NCBI GenBank assembly: GCA_036635835.1
Contig: JAVWPP010000002.1
Coordinates: 88,577-152,576, forward strand
DNA: 64,000 nt
DNA from: Clostridia bacterium
GTDB lineage: Bacteria; Bacillota; Clostridia; TANB77; CAG-465
Direction: 5' to 3'
The stretch's first letter is position 1, and each line of letters begins with the position of its first letter. Below, in pieces: positions 47,601 through 55,028 of the stretch. A model generated the notes under the pieces. That model ran no database searches, was not told the origin of the DNA, and saw only the letters and a list, made by a program, of their open reading frames with translations. The position numbers were made by a program, and so were the translations under genes.

Positions 47601-48098
47601 GGACATTTGTTAGCAGTAGGATATGATCTATACTGTAAAATGTTAGAACTAGCAGTAGAAAGCGAAAAAAGGGCACTAAGCGGAGAAGGAGAATCTAATC
47701 AAACAATAGATTCATTTATAAACAATGAAGAAAATGAAGTTAAAATAGACATAGATATTTCCGCATATATACCATCTACATATATAGCAAGCGATATTCA
47801 AAAAATAGAAATGTATCAAAAAATCGCGGATATAAAAACAAACGAAGACAGTTTAGAAATAATAGATGAATTAATAGATAGATATGGCAATTTACCTAAA
47901 GAAGTAGAAAATCTAATTAGAACTGTCGAAATTAGAAACATAGCTAAAAAATTAAAAATAAAGAGCATAAAACAAAATGGTGAGACTTTAAAAATAGATA
48001 ACAAACTTAGATATACATTGCCGCCTAAAGTAAAAGGCGATGTACTCTTAAGTATTTTTAGTATACTCAAGAATATAGATGCGCAAAAAATATCATAA
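44673..48098 (+). CDS. mfd: Transcription-repair coupling factor
   Basis: UvrB-homology N-terminus, an RNAP-interacting region, SF2 motifs GDVGFGKTEVA and IIDEEHRFGV, and the TRG/translocation motifs QLYQIRGRVGRS. Confidence 0.94.
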   Translation: MNGLVELLPKQEKYNELRSCILENSEKISVSGLTDSQKAHIISGLAKESKNPSIIICNNVLTAKRFIQDIKFFSDVETIYFPAREIAYFDVEAESKDIAKQRMFAINKMLSKAPCIIVTTVEAASQRMLPADTYEGINIEISINDEIDEDLLIRKFIKIGYTKSDLVEGPGQFAVRGGIIDVFPISSEMPYRVELFGDEIDSIRTFNKDTQRTVESVDNFSIIPMNEYIISEENLQNIVAAVQNEIESNISAKYNIPSINREIEYIQDGNISRCADKYSALIMKEKSNNIISFLDNPFVYIDEPEKCISRLDGIAKEQNETIRILAEKGCIIPKFAFTSMSLDEIKNNINEIYLEKLVIDKLLHKKRKIIEFAAKEIIYIRKSMDIHMREIKNWILEKKYILLVFPTKQLVEAAKNQLINNKINAKVIPSLDVKLKKAEVNIVQGIISSGFMYEDIGLVVLAQNVSGTESKKKDSKAFNGANSIDFSDLKVGEYVVHINHGIGQYLGVKTITAGGIKKDYICIKYQKGGTLYVPISSLDSIRKYACDEEKPPKLNVLGNKEWEKTKVKVSAAVKDIAKELIKLYAVRDQTKGYAFSKDTEWQKEFEDSFEHQITEDQERCTNEIKEDMEKARPMERLLCGDVGFGKTEVAMRAAFKAIMDGKQVAYLVPTTVLAMQQYKTFKDRMDSFGIKTQLLSRTRSPKQQKEILKELKEGKIDLIVGTHRLLSSDVIYKDLGFLIIDEEHRFGVKHKEKLKEYKKNIDILSMTATPIPRTLHMSIIGIRDMSVIAEPPSERLPVHTYVLEYDETTVKNAIENELERDGQVFYLYNKVQDIEDVTEKISQLVPDAKVVYAHGQMDPKQVEKIMMDFVERKTNVLVCTTILESGIDIQNANTIIVENADRLGLAQLYQIRGRVGRSSRLAYAYVTYRRNKSLTEEGEKRLRAIKDFTEFGSGHKIALRDLEIRGAGNVLGSQQHGHLLAVGYDLYCKMLELAVESEKRALSGEGESNQTIDSFINNEENEVKIDIDISAYIPSTYIASDIQKIEMYQKIADIKTNEDSLEIIDELIDRYGNLPKEVENLIRTVEIRNIAKKLKIKSIKQNGETLKIDNKLRYTLPPKVKGDVLLSIFSILKNIDAQKIS

Positions 48099-48198
48099 AA
48101 ATGAATAATAACGCCAATATCTATTGACAACAAAGCCTAAAAATGATATATTTCAAGTACACGTACATTACGAAAAAGTAAAGAAGAGGGGTAAAAAC

Positions 48199-49407
48199 AT
48201 GAGCGAAAAAAAAGATACTACTAAAAAAGTAGTAAATAAAAAGCCAGCTAAAAAAGTTCAACCTAAACCAGTAGAAAAAGTTGAAACTAAAAAAGCAAAA
48301 GTAAACGTAGTTGAAGCTAAAAAAGTTGAGACTAAAAAAGTAGAAACTAAGAAAGCAGAACCTAAAAAGGAAGATGTTAAAAAAGTTGAAGTGAAAATTA
48401 ATTCAGATGCTGACGTTATTAACAAACAAGCAGATAAAGAAATTAAAAAAGCAATGAAAAAGAATAATCCAGGTCTAGTAATAGGCATTGTATGTGCTAT
48501 ACTTGTTGTAGCAGTAATAGGTATTTTATGTTGGTTCTTCTCAAGAGAAGCATATAAACCTCTTGCAACTTATGCAGGTGGAGAAATAACTAAAGCAGAA
48601 TACGAACCATATTATAAGATTTTCAAAGATCAATTATCTACATACTTTGGAGAAGATAAAGCAGAAGAATTAAAACAATATATTGCTAAAAAAGTAGCTA
48701 TGGATGAAAGAATGAATGGATTAGCTAAAAAAGCAAAATTAACTTTAACAGATAAAGAAAAAGCAGAAATCAAAGCACAAATTGAAGTTCCAGAAATGAA
48801 AGAACAAATCAAAAAATTTGGTGTTGCACAAGAACAAATTCAAAAAATATTAGAAAGTGATGCATTAATTGCTAAATACGTTCAAACATTAAAAGAACAA
48901 TTACCAGAAGACAAAGTAAATGCATTCCTTGCAGAAAACTATAAAGATGCAGATTTAAATAAATATATATCTAGACATATATTATTTAAGACTAAAGATG
49001 AAGCAGGAGCAGATTTAGATCCAACTAAAAAAGCAGAAATTAAAACAAAAGCAAATGCTATTTTAAATAGAGCTTTAAGTGGAGAAGATTTCGCAGCACT
49101 TGCTACAGAATTCTCAGAAGATACTGCTTCAGGAGTAAAAGGTGGAGTTATTGAATTCGTAGATGACGGACAATTAATTGCAGAATACTCAAACGCAGCA
49201 AAAGCATTGCAACCAGGTCAAGTATCTGGAGCATTAGTAGAATCTTCATTTGGATTCCACATAATAAAATTAGACAGCGTTGAACCAAGAGGAAGAGTTA
49301 TAGATATTAAAGATCAAATGTTAGATGATGTTTATGCTAAAATCGAAGAAGAAGCTAAAATCGTTTTAAACAATGAATCTATAGCTACATTTGCTAAAAC
49401 AAAATAA
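48199..49407 (+). CDS. prsA: Membrane-anchored parvulin-type peptidyl-prolyl isomerase (PrsA-like)
   Basis: K-rich repeat N-terminus, TM helix GLVIGIVCAILVVAVIGILCWFF, PPIase domain SRHILFKT...FGFHIIKL. Confidence 0.7.
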   Translation: MSEKKDTTKKVVNKKPAKKVQPKPVEKVETKKAKVNVVEAKKVETKKVETKKAEPKKEDVKKVEVKINSDADVINKQADKEIKKAMKKNNPGLVIGIVCAILVVAVIGILCWFFSREAYKPLATYAGGEITKAEYEPYYKIFKDQLSTYFGEDKAEELKQYIAKKVAMDERMNGLAKKAKLTLTDKEKAEIKAQIEVPEMKEQIKKFGVAQEQIQKILESDALIAKYVQTLKEQLPEDKVNAFLAENYKDADLNKYISRHILFKTKDEAGADLDPTKKAEIKTKANAILNRALSGEDFAALATEFSEDTASGVKGGVIEFVDDGQLIAEYSNAAKALQPGQVSGALVESSFGFHIIKLDSVEPRGRVIDIKDQMLDDVYAKIEEEAKIVLNNESIATFAKTK

Positions 49408-50234
49408 TGGAATTATATATTTCAAGCAAAGATAATGAAAAAATTAAAAATATCAAAAAGCTAGATGACAAAAAATACAGAAATAAAGCTGGATTATTTG
49501 TAACAGAAGGTATTAAGATAGTTAGAGAAGCAATAAACTCAATGTATACCATTGAGTTTATTGTATATAATAGAGAAACATTAGAAAAAACAGATAACGG
49601 GCAAGATATACTAAATGAAATAGAAAAAAAATGTACTAATACAACTTGTATATCTGTTACGAAAGAAATATTAGAATATCTAACAGATACGGTTAATCCA
49701 CAAGGAATTATTGCTGTTATAAAAAAAGAAGAAAAAGATATTTTAGATTATTTATCTTTAAATAAAAAAGAAAAATTTCTAATTATTGATAGAGTTCAAG
49801 ACGCTGGAAATCTAGGCAGTATAATAAGAAGTTGCAACGCATTTTGTGTAAAAAATATAATATGCGTTAAAGGGACTGTAGATCCGTATATGAATAAAGT
49901 TGTTAGAAGTACAATGGGTGGAATTTTAAAAACTAATATTTTTGAAATAGAAGAAGAAAAAATAGAAGAACTTATTAATGCATTAAGAGAAAAAAACTAT
50001 AAAATCTTCACTACTTCGCTGTATAATTCTTTAGATTTAAGAGATATAGTCAAAGAAAATAAAATTAACGAAAATGCAGTTTTTGTTGTAGGAAACGAGG
50101 CAAATGGAGCATCAGATATGTTTCTAGAAAAATCAGATTTAAGAGTTAGAATTCCAATGGAACCTACCGCTGAATCTTTAAATGTAGCTATGGCTACTAG
50201 CATCGTTCTTTACCAACAATATATCGCAAAATAA
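49407..50234 (+). CDS. TrmH/SpoU-family RNA 2'-O-methyltransferase
   Basis: DRVQDAGNLGSIIRS, VFVVGNEANGAS, IPM...ESLNVAMATSIVLY motifs. The ATG overlaps the prsA TAA. Confidence 0.8.
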   Translation: MELYISSKDNEKIKNIKKLDDKKYRNKAGLFVTEGIKIVREAINSMYTIEFIVYNRETLEKTDNGQDILNEIEKKCTNTTCISVTKEILEYLTDTVNPQGIIAVIKKEEKDILDYLSLNKKEKFLIIDRVQDAGNLGSIIRSCNAFCVKNIICVKGTVDPYMNKVVRSTMGGILKTNIFEIEEEKIEELINALREKNYKIFTTSLYNSLDLRDIVKENKINENAVFVVGNEANGASDMFLEKSDLRVRIPMEPTAESLNVAMATSIVLYQQYIAK

Positions 50235-50321
50235 GAATATTAACAAAGTAAAAAGAATAAGAATATAATATATGAAAGTATATTTTGTCTTATTTTTTTA
50301 TGCAATATTAATACAGAAATA

Positions 50322-50350
50322 TTGACAAATACATTTTTATATGTTAGAAT
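50322..50350 (+). promoter_or_regulatory. Sigma-A promoter (extended -10) driving the large ncRNA
   Basis: TTGACA, 17 nt spacer, TAGAAT, with TG two nt upstream. Confidence 0.65.
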
Positions 50351-50356
50351 TAATAC

Positions 50357-50925
50357 ATGGTGCAGTATTCTAGTCGGAGTATCTTTTGCAAAGGTGGGCC
50401 TAAAAATCCATCACAGGGCAAATCGTTGACGATTTGTATATTTGCTTTCGTCGCCCAGACGGGGGCATTTATATGAAGAAGGAATTAAGGCGCAGCTACA
50501 ATGGCATGTAGCTAAGGGCCTTCTTTCCGTGAGGCATTACAATCTTTTATGTATACAGTTAAAAGTGTAATGAAAACCTAGTATTAGAGAGTACTAATAT
50601 TAGTTGTAGCCTGCCGTGAGTGGATGTAGCGAATAAGGAGAATCATATATTTTATGTGTGGCCACATATCAAAATGTATCTGTCCTTTGAAATTACAGCT
50701 GCAAAAGCGGATAAGCATAAGATTAAGCTTCGTTTGGGAAAACCTCTAGACTGTTGCTTTAGCAAGATATATTTGGGATTAAAGTGTGGACTAAGTGGCA
50801 ATCAAGTCATCCTTATTACAGGATTGTTATACTTTAAAGGGAAACCGCTACGAGGAAACGAGTAGTAGACAGCAGGGAAATCCTACTTGACCTAAGCCGC
50901 AAAATTTACCTTATATATCACCTAA
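50357..50925 (+). ncRNA. Large structured non-coding RNA (about 570 nt), candidate OLE-class RNA
   Basis: G+C-enriched relative to flanks (25/60 and 29/60 G+C in lines 50401 and 50461, versus 18/60 at 51901). Many nested hairpins. The only ORF is a GTG-start one with no RBS. Own promoter, and a small membrane-protein gene directly downstream. Confidence 0.6.
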
Positions 50926-50945
50926 AATTTTTTTTATAAAATAAA

Positions 50946-51623
50946 GTGAGGCAATTAAAAGTGAACAAAAGTGATTGTGATCAGGAAACTGGTAAAAGCA
51001 ATAACGATGATTCTGCTGATGGCAAGCCCATAAGCAAGTCGAAAAACAAAACAAAAACAAAAAGTAAAAAAGCAAAAAACACATGGATTTATATTATATT
51101 TGTGATAACATTTATTATTTCGATAATAATGGGATCTGTATCTAATATACTTGTTACTAAGTTAAATTTATTAGCAGCAATATTTATATTAGCAACTATT
51201 ATATTTATTGGTATTATATTTGATATGATTGGTATGTCTGTAGCATCTGCGAGCGAAGCTCCGCTGCATGCAAAGGCAGCAAGAAAACATGCTGGTGCAA
51301 AAGAAGCTATAAAGTTAGTAAAATATTCTGAAAAAGTTTCTAATGTTTGTAACGACGTTGTTGGCGATGTATGTGGAGTTATATCCGGTGCAGTAGCAAC
51401 AATGCTTGCAATAAAAATTGCAAAGTATTTAAATATCGAAGATGGTATCACTTCATTATTACTAGGTGCACTTGTTGCATCGCTTACCGTTTCAGGTAAA
51501 GCCATTGGTAAAGCCATTGTAAGTAATTATGCAGAAGACATATTATATAGAGTTGGAGCAATTATACATTTTATATACCCAGTGAAAGAAGCAAAAAATA
51601 TAAAAAGTAAAAAAAGTAAATAA
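50946..51623 (+). CDS. Small multi-pass membrane protein, candidate OapA-like partner of the upstream RNA
   Basis: Hydrophilic K-rich N-terminus, then about four hydrophobic helices. MSVASASEAPLHAKAARKHAGAKEAIKLV lies between TM1 and TM2. The start is ambiguous (GTG 50946 or GTG 50961). Confidence 0.6.
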   Translation: MRQLKVNKSDCDQETGKSNNDDSADGKPISKSKNKTKTKSKKAKNTWIYIIFVITFIISIIMGSVSNILVTKLNLLAAIFILATIIFIGIIFDMIGMSVASASEAPLHAKAARKHAGAKEAIKLVKYSEKVSNVCNDVVGDVCGVISGAVATMLAIKIAKYLNIEDGITSLLLGALVASLTVSGKAIGKAIVSNYAEDILYRVGAIIHFIYPVKEAKNIKSKKSK

Positions 51624-52412
51624 ACATAAAAAATAAAAATGCGAAAGTGTTTTTATTTTTTTTCAACAATTTTTTCTTAAAAGCTATTTACAATAAAAAA
51701 TATATAGTATATACTTTAAGTATAATAAATAAAGTAAATTGTGAATATAAATATTTAGCAAAATTTATCCAGAGAAATTTCGAAGGAAACTAGTAAGAAG
51801 GATGTAAACTAACTATCCCCAAAATACATGTTATTTAAATCATTGAAAAATCTAGCCATAGCAAGGTTATTGCTGTTAACAAAATAAGTTTAGAAAGATA
51901 TAGTAGAGATCTATTAAGTCCTAGGATTAGATTTTGATGTTCTCGGTTTAAAGTCTAAATAAAGGCAAAATTAAATTATGGGTTTCTTAACGAATAATTG
52001 AGATTTAAAGAATGATTAAAAAGAGTAGTAATAAAAATAAATTTAAAGTTTTGTATATACCAAGATATAAGTATATCTAGAATACATTATATGAATGATT
52101 AATAGTTTAATTAAACAGAATTAAGATACATAGAGCACAGAGAAAGGCTCATTTAAAAATATATAATAAAAATGAAATTTCTTAAATAATATAAAGCGAA
52201 TGTAATGAACAATACTAAAGATAAAAATTATACTAATCATGTTAATAGTTGATGAAATATAATATAAAAACAAATTAAACAAAAGATAAATGGAAGTTAG
52301 AATGTAAAATATCCGGAAATTAAATTAGCCTTTAAATTGATTGAAAATTTTATAGAAAAGTGTAAGTTTCTAAAAATAAATCAATGGCAGTTTAAACTAA
52401 ATAAAGCAAACA

Positions 52413-52445
52413 AAAACACAGATGATTATTCATCTGTGTTTTTAG
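52413..52445. terminator. Bidirectional rho-independent terminator
   Basis: aaaacacagatga ttat tcatctgtgtttt 13-bp stem flanked by an A-run and a T-run. Overlaps the stop of the minus-strand gene. Confidence 0.85.
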
Positions 52446-52956
52446 TTAACATTTCTAATACTTTTTCATATATATCTTCGGCATTATTTTGCCAGTTAGA
52501 AACTATTTTACGTGTTTGATCTTTGCTACCTGCATAAATACTTATATTAATGAGTTCATCGTTTCTATCTTTAATATAGCATGAAACCTTATAGTCATCA
52601 TGTTTAAGCGGAATAGTTTGTGTATTTATTGTATATTCTTGTTTTAAATTAGTCATTTCTTTTTGAACTAGTTTTTTTAAACTAAATATACTTATGCCAG
52701 GAATTATTTCTAAAAGCTCATTTAATGTAGAATTACCACTCTCTGTAATTGCATACATAGTTGCGTTATTTTCAATAATTTCAGTTACTAAATCGCTTTT
52801 TACAAGCACCGTAATATAATCACAAATATCAAAATAAGATATATCTTCAAATTCAACACAAAACTTTGCAATTTGATCAATTGTAAGTGGAGATTTTGCG
52901 TTTTCTAAAATATATAGCATTATAATTTTATTGTCAAATAGATTGAGGTTTTTCAT
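52426..52956 (-). CDS. Hypothetical protein with a winged-helix-like N-terminus (possibly DUF4364)
   Basis: IMLYILENAKSPLTIDQIAKFCVEFEDISYFDICDYITVLVKSDLV looks like a wHTH. The family assignment is from memory only. Confidence 0.4.
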   Translation of the reverse strand: MKNLNLFDNKIIMLYILENAKSPLTIDQIAKFCVEFEDISYFDICDYITVLVKSDLVTEIIENNATMYAITESGNSTLNELLEIIPGISIFSLKKLVQKEMTNLKQEYTINTQTIPLKHDDYKVSCYIKDRNDELINISIYAGSKDQTRKIVSNWQNNAEDIYEKVLEMLTKNTDE

Positions 52957-53037
52957 TCTAAATCAAGCTCCTATCTTTACTTTTCTCTTATTATATGATA
53001 CCATATAATGAAAGAAAAATAAAGGGGGTAACGCAAA

Positions 53038-53700
53038 TTGATTATAGCAATTGATGGTCCAGCAGGGACTGGGAAATCTACAGTAGCAAAAATACTAGCT
53101 AAAGACCTTGGATATATTTATGTAGACACAGGTTCTATGTATAGAGCTTGTGCATATTATTGTGTTAGTAAAGGAATAGAAATAAACGAAGAAAATTTAA
53201 AAGCAGAAATAGATAATATAGATATAGAGATTAAATATGTAGATGGTAATCAACGAATAATTTTAAATAATGAAGATGTTACAGATTATTTAAGAATTAA
53301 GTCTGTTAATGATACAACTTCAGAAGTAGCCACTATAGGAATAGTAAGAGAAAAACTTGTAGATATGCAAAGAGAAATGTCAAAAAGCCTTAATGTAATC
53401 ATGGATGGTAGAGACATTGGAACAGTTGTATTTCCAAATGCAGAAGTTAAGCTTTTTCTAGTAACAGATATAGATGAAAGAGTTAAAAGAAGAATGCTAG
53501 AATATGCGGAAAAAAATATGAAAATGTCTGAAGAAGATTTAAGATCTAATATGGTTAAAAGAGATAATATAGATTCTAGTAGATTAATTTCTCCACTTAA
53601 AAAAGCAGAAGATGCTATTGAAATAGATACAACTAAATATTCTGCATACGAAGTTGTACAAATAGCAAAAGATATAATTAAAGAAAAGACAGGTGTATAA
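53038..53700 (+). CDS. cmk: Cytidylate kinase
   Basis: IIAIDGPAGTGKST P-loop and YVDTGSMYRA. TTG start with a GGGGG RBS. Confidence 0.9.
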   Translation: MIIAIDGPAGTGKSTVAKILAKDLGYIYVDTGSMYRACAYYCVSKGIEINEENLKAEIDNIDIEIKYVDGNQRIILNNEDVTDYLRIKSVNDTTSEVATIGIVREKLVDMQREMSKSLNVIMDGRDIGTVVFPNAEVKLFLVTDIDERVKRRMLEYAEKNMKMSEEDLRSNMVKRDNIDSSRLISPLKKAEDAIEIDTTKYSAYEVVQIAKDIIKEKTGV

Positions 53701-53701
53701 T

Positions 53702-54271
53702 ATGCTAAAATTTTTAGTAAGATTAGTATTCTACAAAATTTTATATAGAGTAGAGGTTATAAATCAAGAAAATATAAAAGATTTAAAAGGCATGGTACTT
53801 TGCCCAAATCATTCTACATGGATGGACGGGGTATTTATATGGGCGCTTAAATCCGTTAAAGTGCATGCAATGGCTAAAGCAGAGCTTTTTAAAAATCCAA
53901 TAACTAGATGGATATTTACTAGCATAAATATGTTTCCTATCGAAAGAGGCGGAAAAGATTTTAAAAGTGTATATCATGCTGTTAATATAGCAAGCGAAGG
54001 AAAATGCGTTGCAGTATTCCCAGAAGGTACTAGAAATGCAGCTGCTAAAGGAATTAAACCTAAAGTTGGTGCTGTATATATAGCATCTAAGTCTAGCGTG
54101 CCAAACATACCCGTATATATAACAGAAAATCCAAAACTTTTTAGCAAAGTTAAAATAGTTATAGGTAAGCCTATGCAATTTGAATTTATTGAATCAGATA
54201 AAGAACATTTAAGAAAATGTACTGCTGAATTAATGGAAGAAGTATATAAATTAAAGGAAGAAGTAAAATAA
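53702..54271 (+). CDS. plsC: 1-acyl-sn-glycerol-3-phosphate acyltransferase
   Basis: NHSTWMD (HX4D) and FPEGTR motifs. Confidence 0.85.
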   Translation: MLKFLVRLVFYKILYRVEVINQENIKDLKGMVLCPNHSTWMDGVFIWALKSVKVHAMAKAELFKNPITRWIFTSINMFPIERGGKDFKSVYHAVNIASEGKCVAVFPEGTRNAAAKGIKPKVGAVYIASKSSVPNIPVYITENPKLFSKVKIVIGKPMQFEFIESDKEHLRKCTAELMEEVYKLKEEVK

Positions 54272-54865
54272 ATGAATTTAGAAAAATTAGAAGAAGTAAA
54301 AATAAAAGCACTAGAAAACCATGTTCCTATTCTTATGGATGAATCTTTAGAATTAATTGAAACAATTCTTGCGGCTGTAAAACCAAAAAGAATATTAGAA
54401 GTTGGTACTGCTGTTGGGTATTCGTCAATGAAATTTACGAAATATTTACAAGAAGGCGGTAAGATAGATACAATTGAAATAAGCGACAAAATGTTAGATA
54501 TTGCAACGAAAAACATAAAAGAATGCGGAGCAGATCATTTAATAAATGTTATATTTGCAGATGCGACAGAATATATGAAAACTATGACAAATGAAAAAGA
54601 ATATGATGTAGTATTTATAGATGCTGCTAAAGGCCAGTATAATGTATATTTAGAAGAAGGTTTAAGACTTTTAAAAAATGGTGGGGTTATAATTGCAGAC
54701 AATGTCCTATTTAAAGGTAGAGTTCTTTCAGATTATAACGAGCATAAGCATAGAACTGCGGTAAATAGATTAAGATTATTTATAAAAAACATAAAAGAAA
54801 ATGAAAACTTAACTTCAACAGTTTTAGACGTAGGAGACGGAGTAGCAATTTGTGTTAAAAAATAA
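54272..54865 (+). CDS. Class I SAM-dependent O-methyltransferase (caffeoyl-CoA OMT/YrrM-like)
   Basis: ILEVGTAVGYS SAM-binding motif and DVVFIDAAKGQY. Confidence 0.75.
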   Translation: MNLEKLEEVKIKALENHVPILMDESLELIETILAAVKPKRILEVGTAVGYSSMKFTKYLQEGGKIDTIEISDKMLDIATKNIKECGADHLINVIFADATEYMKTMTNEKEYDVVFIDAAKGQYNVYLEEGLRLLKNGGVIIADNVLFKGRVLSDYNEHKHRTAVNRLRLFIKNIKENENLTSTVLDVGDGVAICVKK

Positions 54866-54886
54866 AAATAAAGAACGAAATATAAG

Positions 54887-54915
54887 AGATGTAACACATG
54901 TTGCATCTTTTTTTT
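54887..54915 (+). terminator. Rho-independent terminator
   Basis: agatgtaac acat gttgcatct followed by ttttttt. Confidence 0.8.
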
Positions 54916-55028
54916 AACTAATTAAAAAAATAAAATATTAAGGCTTGAATTTTTTTGAACTTTGGTATATCATTTAAATATAAATAAAATGGATTAATAT
55001 TGTCATATAATGAAATGAGGGATTAAAT

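Noticed and set aside
50620-50865. 81-aa ORF inside the G+C-rich region
   Set aside because: GTG start with no Shine-Dalgarno. The product has no recognisable feature, and the ORF sits within a hairpin-dense region better explained as structured RNA.
50357-50925. Possibility that the structured region is RNase P RNA, tmRNA, a group II intron, a T-box or a standard riboswitch
   Set aside because: I could not find the RNase P GAGGAAAGTCC-type core, a tRNA-like GGGG...CCA tmRNA frame with a tag ORF, a domain V-like hairpin, or a T-box/specifier arrangement. About 570 nt is far larger than known riboswitch aptamers.
52337-52519. 60-aa plus-strand ORF at the end of the ORF-free region
   Set aside because: TTG start with no RBS. 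Its second half overlaps the well-supported minus-strand gene, and it runs through the bidirectional terminator.
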